A DNA stretch of 64,000 nucleotides from Eledone cirrhosa. Taxonomy: Eukaryota. The notes beneath the pieces were generated by a model, which saw only the letters and a program-made list of their open reading frames with translations, was not told where the DNA came from and made no database searches. The translations under genes were made by a program, and so were the position numbers. This document shows positions 54,944 through 64,000 of the stretch, piece after piece. Position 1 is the stretch's first letter; every line of letters starts with the position of its first letter. The DNA lies in the NCBI GenBank assembly GCA_964016885.1, contig OZ024740.1:156426001-156490000 (forward strand), read 5' to 3'.

Positions 54944-55979
54944 ATGAATAAATCTCGGAGAAAAATCAGAACCAAAGCAGTGATTTGGTATACACCTCCC
55001 ACATCTTTAGCTTTAAAAACACCCCTGGAAAATTTATTCTTTAAGGCTTTAGATAAATGCTTTCCCAGCACACATAAATACCAATCTATATTCAATAGAC
55101 ATACATTTAAGCTATCATACTCAACAACTATGAATATAGGACAGAACATTGCAAAAATAAATAGTAGAATTCTTAATCATAACCAACAAACAATTAAGGA
55201 TAATGGCAATATTCACATTAGCAATAATATTGATACTGTGAATAACAATAACATTAACTTAAGCACTCACAACAGAACACCTTCATCTATTAGCAATGAT
55301 AACGTGTACAGTTTATATTATAATAATAACAGTAAATCGAAATGTAACTGTAGAAATAGATCGAATTGCCCTCTGTAAAGTAATTGTCTTGATAACAACC
55401 TAGTTTATAAATGTATCGTTAAAGCAAATAACATCACCTACAACTATATAGGAGCAACCTCATCGAGCTTTAAATTAAGATATTCGAATCAGAAGCACTC
55501 TTTTTCGAATCCAGATAGGAAATTCTCCACTTCTCTATCACAACTCATATGGTCCTTGAAAGACAAAAATTTAGAGTACTAAATATTTTGGTCAAAACTC
55601 TGTAATAGCCAAGTTTACATTAATTCATCCGAATCACCTAACTGCAATCTTTGTGATATGGAGACCCTATTAATAATTACTAATTATGATAAGTTAATTA
55701 ACAAAAAAAGTGAATTATTCTCAAATTGCTTGCACAAAGCTTCACATTCCAAGCTTCACAAAAAATCAGGAAAAAACACTGAATAAATGTGAAATGATTT
55801 AGACGTTTATTAGTAACTCTTAGTGTGAAACAATATTGTCTCAGATTAAAAATTCTTGTAATGCTTTTATTATTTATACTATTATTAATATTAGATTAAG
55901 GGTTTCTACCTTAATCTAATATTAATAATAGTATTGAAAGTGTTAACCTGACCTCTTGTTGAGTACGTATGACCTTTAC
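54944..55979 (+). mobile_element. Naiad-like PLE (5'-truncated), 5' part; interrupted by Gypsy element
   Basis: VIWYTPP, IFNRHTFKLSYSTT, CNCRNRSNCPL*, VYKC...YIG, with in-frame stops. Closely related to the element at 13622. Confidence 0.88.
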
Positions 55980-56225
55980 ATTAGCAGTATGGATTATAGA
56001 TGTTATTGAGACACGAGTGACATAATAATGATTTCAACAGCAGAAATTAGAGATGAAATATATGTTTATTTTTGATGTAGCACAAACAATGGTGTGGTAC
56101 AGAGGCTGGTTTCTGGCGTGTGATCAGTCTGCTTTCCAGTGGCTGTCTGTTTTTTTTCTCGCGTTCTCAACCAGCGGGAGATAACTAGGGTTGTTCTATC
56201 AAGAGGCGTGAGGCGTCTTACTACA
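55980..56225 (-). repeat. 3' LTR
   Basis: Matches 61192-61437 apart from a few substitutions. Starts TGTAG on minus and is preceded by the purine-rich GGCAGGAGA. Confidence 0.92.
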
Positions 56226-56450
56226 GTATCTCCTGCCAGATTTTCAAATCAGCGAAAATCGATGTCATTACTCACATGTGGAGTAAGATGGCGAACAATG
56301 CAACAAGGGGGAGCTATTCGCTCTACCAAAAATTGAATCCAGAATAAGGATTTGAAAAATGTTTAAAAAAAAACAACATGCATGCATAAAAAACAAGGCA
56401 AAGAAAATGCAGAAACACAGAGGCAAACAAAAAGGTGCAGCTAACATAGT

Positions 56451-59400
56451 CTAAATATAGACGGTGCTGCAAAATCTTTTGGGCCAGTGGACCCTACGAC
56501 CTGAACGGGTCGTGGTCTTGTAACGTGGCGATGGTGGTGATGTAGGGACAGGCGATGATGGTGGTTCAGGAACAGGCGTTCGCTCAACAGGCAAATACGA
56601 AGGGGTTCGGGGATCAGGAACCACAGCGTCCGTGTCAAGGTGCGCCTGCTTAAGCCTGTCTATTGTAACTGTCTCCCTGGACCCCTTAATATCTAACGTG
56701 AAATGCTTAGCCGAGCGCGCTAAGACACGGTAAGGTCCAGTGTAAGGCTGTGTGAGCGGGGGCTTCACAGAATCTTTCCTTACAAAGACATGCGTCCACG
56801 AGGCAATATCCCTCGGGACAGCAGTCTTGACAGTTTGTTTCCTAGTGTCCATTGGCGGCAAATCCTGGAAATAGGAGCGCAAACGGGACACGTAGGAAGC
56901 GTGATCTTGGGCATCAAGATCGATAGGGGCAAGCATTTGCCCGGGCAACGTCTGAGGGGCACCGTACAGTACTTCGGCCGGTGAAAATCCAAAGTCGACT
57001 TTCACCGTTGATCGAATCCCTAGTAGCACAATAGGGAGGTACTCGCCCCAATGCGCCGAGTCCATTGAGGCCATTAAAGAGGCCTTCAGTTGTCGGTGAA
57101 AACGCTCCACCATACCATTCGAAGCGGGATGGTACGCCGTAGTTCTAATGCGTTTAGCACCAATTAATTTTGACAGCTTGAGGAAAAGGCTCGACTCGAA
57201 CTGTCGTCCACGGTCGGTAGTTATTGTGGATGGAACTCCATAACGAGAGATCCATCCAGACACAAGAGCACGTTCTGTTGTCTCCGCGGTGATGTTTTTC
57301 AAGGGGATGGCCTCAGGCCATCTCGAAAAACGGTCAATGACGGTCAGCAGATAAGAAAAACCATCGCTGACAGGCCAAGGTCCCACTATGTCAATATGAA
57401 TATGTGAAAAACGCGCATCTGGGTTAGCAAAGATACCCAGGGGAGCCTTGACGTGTCGATGGACCTTTGATCTCTGGCAAGCGACGCAGGAATGGCACCA
57501 AGCAGCAATTTAACGCCTCATATTTGGCCAGAAAAATCTAGCTGATATGAGCTTTGCTGTGGCAGAAGATCCTGGATGCGAGATACTATGTAATGCCAGA
57601 AACACGGTCCGACGATGATTCTCTGGAACGAAGGGCCTAGGCACGTCCAAAGAGACGTCGCAGAGGATTTGGCAGTCGACAGAGGCAAGTATTTCATCTC
57701 GCAATTCGCAAACTCAGGCGGTGTAACATCCAATGACTCAAGGGGAGGCTGATCCGAAGCCAAACGAGTCAGATCTATGTCAGAGGGTGACGAGATCGCT
57801 GTCACGGGTAAGCGGGACAAAGCATCGGCCGCTGTATTTAGTGAACCCGGAATGTGCTGGATATCACTCGTATATTGCGAGATGAAATCAAGGTGTCTCG
57901 TCTCTCTGGGCGAGTATTTATCAGCCTTCGCTCTCAAAGCAAAAGTCAATGGTTTATGGTCAGTGAGGATAGTAAATTGTCTACCCTCTAGCACATGTGA
58001 AAAATGTTTCACGGCCAAATAGATGGCTAAAAGCTCTCTTCCAAAGGTGCTGTAGTGCGTCTCAGCAGGTTTCAGCTTTCTGGAAAAAAACTCCAGCGGT
58101 TGCTGGTAACCATTGATGTTTTGCTGTAGTACTGCGCCCACAGCGATATCCGATGCATCAACACAAAGCGTTAGCTTTGCACCGGGTACCGGGTGAGTCA
58201 GTAACGAAGCATTAGCCAAAACATTTCTGTCAGGGATAAAAGCAATTTTGCACAATTTGGCACGAAACGCCTATACAAGTTAATCAGACCTAAGAACTGG
58301 CGTAACTGACGTAGTGAGGTCGGTGGAGGCAAATCCTCTATGACCTTAACTCGCTCAGGCCGGGGTCGAATACCGTCAGCATCGATGACGTGACCCAAGA
58401 AAGTCAGTGACTCAGCACCAAAAACACATTTGGGTGCATTAAGCTGCACGTTATACGCCTTCAATCGGCGGAAAAGAAGATTCAAATGGTGCGTATGTTG
58501 CTCTTGAGAAGAACTAGCAATGAGCAGGTCGTCAATATAGGTATAGACGAAATCGAGGCCGCGAGTAACCTCATCCATAAACCGCTGAAAAGTACTAGCG
58601 GCATTCCTTAATCCGAACGGCATAGTCAAAAACTCGAATGACCCAAATGGCGTAACTATAGCCGTTTTTGGAATGTCATTTTTATGGACAGGAATTTGAT
58701 GGTACGCACGAATTAAATCCAGTTTGGAGAATATCTTGCATCCCTGCAACGAAGACGCAAAGTCTTGCAGATGAGGGATAGGATAACGGTCCGGTACCGT
58801 TATCGAATTTAGGCGTCGATAATCTCCAGTAGGTCTCCAATCGCCATTCGCTTTCGGTACCATGTGTAATGGGGACGCCCACGGGCTTGTAGACGGACGA
58901 ATAATCCCCATTTGCAGCATATGATCAAACTCTGATCGTGCTGCTTTGAGTTTGTCCGGAGGCAAGCGACGAGGACGAGAAAAAGCGGGAGCACCAGTTG
59001 TAGATATGAAGTGCTCCGTGGTATGAGTTGGTTCATCAACTCGAAAATTTCCCCGAGTCAGTTGCGGGAACGAGTTCAACATCGCATGGTAAGGATCACC
59101 GGTGTTAGCAAGAAAAAAGGTCGGGCTAACCGTTGGAACTCCTGCTGCCTTGCCAACAACAGTTAATCCAGTGATGCCATCAATTAGGCGTTTACGACGG
59201 AGGTCCACCGTCAATGAAAAATGGTGGAGAAAATCCGCGCCTAGAATCGGATACGGCAAGGCAGCGACAGTAAATATCCATTTAAACTCGCGCCGCAGAT
59301 TACAAAACTGCAAAGGTAACGAGATTTGTCCGAAAGTTCGAATCGGCGAACAATTTACTGCCTGCAACTCAATAGGTGTCTCAGGGGGAGTCTCCTTCAT

Positions 59401-59559
59401 ACAACACACAGGCCACACTGAACAAACTGCACCTGTGTCAACCAGGAAATCTCTACCTGACAGCAGGTCCTCAATGAAAAAGTGGCGGTTGGATGTTGTT
59501 TCGCAGAGCGCACTATCCGCCGTTAGTGACTCTGGTCGTCTTTTCCCTCGTAAGCACAA
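56451..59559 (-). pseudogene. pol: Gypsy pol: protease, RT, RNase H, integrase (GPY/F), several frameshifts
   Basis: [57 protein letters not shown]. Confidence 0.93.
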
Positions 59560-60298
59560 GGAGGCCTACAATGGACGGCTTTTTTACCATATCTGTCATG
59601 GTAATAACAATATGGTCTTTCTGGTGTGTTGGAAGGGCTACGGTGGCGAGGAGTTGAATAACGTCGTGAGCGGCTCCTCTGCCGTCCAAAAGACCTGAAT
59701 TCCTGGCACAACTCCGCCATTTGACGAGTCATGGCTACCATTGTGGTGATTAATTTGTCATCAGACGCTGATGAGCGTGATTGAGGAAGAGAAGAGGAAG
59801 CAACGTACTTTGGCTTCGAAGTGTCTCTCTTCGTCACTTCTACAATTTTGTCAGCAGAGACAGCAATGTGATCGAGGGTATTTACCTCTAGCATATGGGC
59901 TAGGATCGCCTGTACCTCTTGAGGTAGGCGAGAGAAGAAAAATTTCTTCAGGAAAGGGCTATCCTGATCTTGGGAATCGCTCAAATCCCGCAAATGCCGG
60001 AGAAAAGCGGTAGGGGTCCTGTCACCTAATCGTTCGTCCTCGATCAATGACCGAAAACGACTCTCTACCGACTTACAATTCCTCCTCAAAATCTCGCCCT
60101 TCAAAGACTCATACGTTAAGTCAGAAGGGGGTCTGTAATTAGGTCTTGAACCGAATCTGCTAGATTAGGGGGAAGTCCGCTAATCAGTACAGCGAGGCGC
60201 TGGTCAGATTCGGTCTTACAGACCGTAAAATACGCCTGTAACTGGGCAAACCACATCTTAGGATTTCCAGTAAAGGCGGGCAAATGTGGCACATTCAT
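59523..60298 (-). pseudogene. gag: Gypsy gag (frame break ~60110)
   Basis: [49 protein letters not shown]. Confidence 0.88.
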
Positions 60299-61175
60299 GG
60301 TAACGTTTAAAATAAAAAAAAATATATATACATATATATCTAAACAGCAATTAATGTACCCTCGTACAGTGAAAAGCGAACAGCCAAAACTGAGAAAAAG
60401 TTAAAGGTCAAAAAGAAACAGACATTCAAAACATTAGGAAATATGAAAAATACATAAAATACATATATATATCTTTTTAAAAAAAAATTTTCCTTCAACG
60501 TCTGTCCCCTCGTGTTGCTTCAACGAACCAGCCAAATCAAATAAGGTAAAAAAGAGGAAAAAAAATGTTTGTTTTAGAATATATCTACGTTGGATATCAA
60601 CAAATGTAGCCAGTGGCTAAAAATCCCTTAGAAAAAGGTAAGGCATGTATATCCCCTGCGGGGCAGTAATGTTCACAAAAAAAGTTTCTTCTCTTCTCTC
60701 TTGATCAGTCATGGAACACACACGCAGTTCCAAAAATGTCCCCGTCAGAAAATTACAAAACGGGGAAGGAACGCAACGCCACCTTGGAAAAATACTCTTT
60801 TTTTTTTTTTTGTGTAAGTTGCGAAAAGGTTGGCAACGGCAGTGAAATATTCAAGTGAATAAAAAGGGCTGCTTTAAATTATTTACACGAATGAATCGTT
60901 TTGAAATTTCCGATGTGTGGTGGTTTGCGTCGGTAAGGCTATGAAGCTGCCACTCACTATTCCCTGTTTTGGTCAGTGGTTAAACAATGTTGTCGCTGCT
61001 GCTGCTGCTGCTGTCGTTGTTGTTGTCGAGTGTAGCGAAAAGTTTTTGAAATACTGCTAATTTTTCAAAAAAAACTTTGAAAGGAATATATTGTATCTTC
61101 GCAAGTTGCGAAAAGGCCGGCAACGTGGTAATAAAAGTTCAACTGAATGAAAAAGAAGGGCTGCGTTAAATTCTT

Positions 61176-61190
61176 ACGTCGGGGTCACCA
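61176..61190 (-). promoter_or_regulatory. Primer-binding site complementary to tRNA-Trp
   Basis: TGGTGACCCCGACGT immediately inside the 5' LTR. Confidence 0.9.
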
Positions 61191-61191
61191 C

Positions 61192-61437
61192 TTTAGCAGT
61201 ATGGTTTATAGATGTTATTGAGACACGAGTGAGATAATAATGATTTCAACAGCAGAAATTAGAGATGAAATATATGTTTATTTTTGATGTAGCACAAACA
61301 ATGGTGTGGTACAGAGGCTGGTTTCTGGCGTGTGATCAGTCTGCTTTCCAGTGGCTGTATGTTTTTTTTCTCGCGTTCTCAACCAGCGGGAGATAACTAG
61401 GGTTGTTCTATCAAGAGGCGTGAGGCGTCTTACTACA
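61192..61437 (-). repeat. 5' LTR
   Basis: Direct repeat of 55980-56225. Confidence 0.92.
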
Positions 61438-62669
61438 GTTTAAATACATTTAATTTTGGTTTTCGTATTTTCTAAATCTTATATCTTATATATTTGATAC
61501 CTTTAATGTATTCAGGCTTGTAAACCGTTTAATTACTTTGAAAGGTTATTTACGATTCACGAGGATATGATTATACATTTGTAGTATAAAAGTCTCCTTA
61601 GATCCAAGTTGATAAATTTTTTTGTATACTTAAATTGATGTAAAATTTTAAATACAGTAAAATCTAGTTGAATTAAATTTATAACACTCTCAACAGAAAT
61701 TATACTGCATATAAGTGAATAATATCGTCTTAAACCTTAAAATTGATAGTCTATATATAAATTATATAAATTATATAAATTATATAAATATAATATATCT
61801 AGATAAATCTGGTTTAATAATATCTTATTAGATACATTTATAATGCTTTATGACTTATTAATAACAATTTAATTTTAAGGTTTTTTTTTACTAATATATT
61901 GATTATATTCTTGATTTTAATATACTTTTAAATATACTTGTGAATACATTTGGAGTTATGATGGACATAAATTTATCTCTTTCACGTTACATTTGCTTGA
62001 ACTCAGATATAATACAATAATATAAATCCTTTAAAATTTTATAGTCTAAAATCTTAGGTCATTTGATTAATTGACTATTTTCAATTAACTTAAGATTTGA
62101 AAATAAACGGTCACGCATTATTCTTTCCCCCTATCTAATTATATGCTATTTAAATGTTACAATACATATCTCACTCCTTTTGATTATACGATTTAACTTA
62201 TTTTCCTCTCTCTATCATTTGATCATTTCTCCCTTCTCTTGTTCCTACGATCAAATCTCCTTTTTTTCTCTTTTTCTCTCTTTCCTCATGATTTGCTATC
62301 TCGATCTATCACTTCCACTATCAACAATAATGAGGTATGAATATATTATTATTATTTAAATTTTTAACAGTTATAGAAGTTTATGTATTATATATTATTA
62401 ATTATTCATATATCTTTTTACACATTCTCATACGCACCCTCTCTATTATATGTAATTTTTCATGTTTCAACTTAAGGTATATAAATATCGAGTTTTGTCA
62501 TAACTAATGCCATGACTAAATTATAACCATCAACATAGTCAAGGTATGTCAAGCATCAACTTATTTTATCTGATGAGGACGTACTGTTGAAATAGCTCAG
62601 TATCTCTGAAATATGTATAATAAAATATATTTGATCACATGAATGTCTATATTTATTAATATTTTGAAG

Positions 62670-62672
<3 letters not shown>
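61438..62672 (+). mobile_element. Remainder of Naiad 3' UTR, ending in hammerhead and (TA)n
   Basis: Terminal ~120 bp is homologous to the end of the 13622-16770 element. Confidence 0.78.
62563..62626 (+). ncRNA. Minimal type I hammerhead at Naiad 3' end
   Basis: ATTTTAT-CTGATGA-GG..GTACTG..CAGTAT..CT-GAAA-TATGTA-TA-ATAAAAT, with a perfect 7-bp stem I. Confidence 0.8.
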
Positions 62673-62703
<31 letters not shown>

Positions 62704-63591
62704 CGGACTGGGTCTAAAAATATTGGTTGCCAGGAGATGAAGGGGCCCACCTACATTTAGAATGCTATCATTTAATTTTTATAATGAATAAATAATATTT
62801 TCGAAAAATACATAAGTGGAAACAAAACAGTGCAATCAAATTTTTGCGGAAAAATATCTTACCTTTTCCAGTAAAAAATATGTATTTTGCGAAATCCAGA
62901 GACTCTCAATAAGGACCAGAAGTCCACCCTAAATATTACTAATAGCTCTAGGAAAGCCATGAACGACACCACATCTTTTAAACTTTGATTTTGAAAGTAG
63001 GTTTATAATTATTAATTTTCACTATACTTTTGTAGCAGTCTCTGTGGCCTATTTGGAGTAATCATAGACAGTGGTGTCCTGGTCTGAAGTTCGATTCTGG
63101 TCGTGAGTAAACCTTTTTAGTTTTATTTTATTGGTTGTAAAATAAAAACTGAAAAAGCTTACATGTACCACTTGAGCAGGATTGAACCAAAGGCCAGGAT
63201 CTCCACCGTCTCTAGTACCTACCGTTAGGCTACAAAGACAACTACGAAATTTTTATGAAAACTCATACTTATAAACCTACTTTCAAAACAAAGTGTTGTG
63301 TCGATCATGTCTTTCTTAATATTATTGCTCCTACTTAAGGACGACTTCTAAATCATTTGAGTGTTCCATAAACTACATCCGCGTTTTGTTTCACATCTAT
63401 CTAGACTACATTTTAACCTGTAATCAATGCTTCATTTCTGTTCCACCTCATTTCCCCCCTCTCTTTCTCTCTCTCTCTCTCTCTCTCCCTCTCTCTTTCT
63501 CACTGTGATATTTGAATCTACTATGATTTGGGCTTACCTTATTCCTATATGTTTTTGCATGTCAGTTAGATTCAAACTTACAATGATTGGC

Positions 63592-63652
<61 letters not shown>

Positions 63653-63861
63653 TGGTAGACTAGGTCTAAAAATATTGGTTGCCAGATGGAGGGGTCCCAC
63701 CTACATATAGATACTATCATTTAATTTTATAATGAATAAATAAAATTTTCAAAAAATACATAAGTGGAAACAAAACAGTTCAATCAAATTTTTGCGGAAA
63801 AATATCTCACCTTCTCCAATAAAAAATATGTATTTTGCGAAATCCAGAGACTCTCAATAAT
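62704..63861 (+). repeat. Two ~210-bp direct copies (62704-62911, 63650-63861) of an unclassified repeat end, each following (TA)n
   Basis: GGTCTAAAAATATTGGTTGCCAG...CAGAGACTCTCAATAA in both. Confidence 0.8.
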
Positions 63862-64000
63862 GGCCTTTGGTGTTTCACACTCACTCAATATATATATATG
63901 TGTATGCAGTGGCGTAGGGTAAACGGCGCCCAGGGCAAGCATCAAAATCCCCCCTCCATCAAAAAGTCAAGATCCACAAAGACGAAATTGCGGTAGAATT

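Larger units (their letters stand above)
55980..61437 (-). mobile_element. Ty3/Gypsy LTR retrotransposon, CsRn1/Kabuki-like, full length but frameshifted
   Basis: Two ~245-bp LTRs, tRNA-Trp PBS, gag with CHCC motif (CYYH-x9-C-x3-C) and PR-RT-RH-IN order. Confidence 0.95.

Noticed and set aside
55972-61444. Target-site duplication of the Gypsy element
   Set aside because: The flanks (CTTTAC / GTTTAA) match only partly and one LTR edge lacks the canonical dinucleotide, so no TSD is claimed.

Overview
Eukaryotic, AT-rich, microsatellite-dense and almost entirely repeat-derived DNA. The SINE types suggest an octopod/cephalopod, but this is inference. No host gene is convincingly supported. Bases 1-12635 are a near-homogeneous 457-bp tandem array, and every monomer carries a type I hammerhead ribozyme fold (27 copies visible). 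The array flips orientation at about 8412, forming a giant head-to-head palindrome, and ends in a (TA)n microsatellite. The rest of the window holds Penelope-like elements (PLEs) of three types (Naiad-like x3, Neptune-like x2, a Penelope/Poseidon-like fragment). Most have 3' hammerheads, (TA)n insertion sites and inverted 5' duplications. It also contains a CsRn1-like Gypsy LTR element nested in a Naiad 3' UTR, a non-autonomous Helitron, MITEs, RTE fragments and tRNA-SINEs. Best candidate system: a retrozyme-like ribozyme satellite, predicted to yield 457-nt self-cleaved (possibly circular) RNAs, with the same insertion signature as the neighbouring PLEs. Several non-canonical hammerhead core variants also occur. 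All folds were made by eye and nothing was computed or searched.
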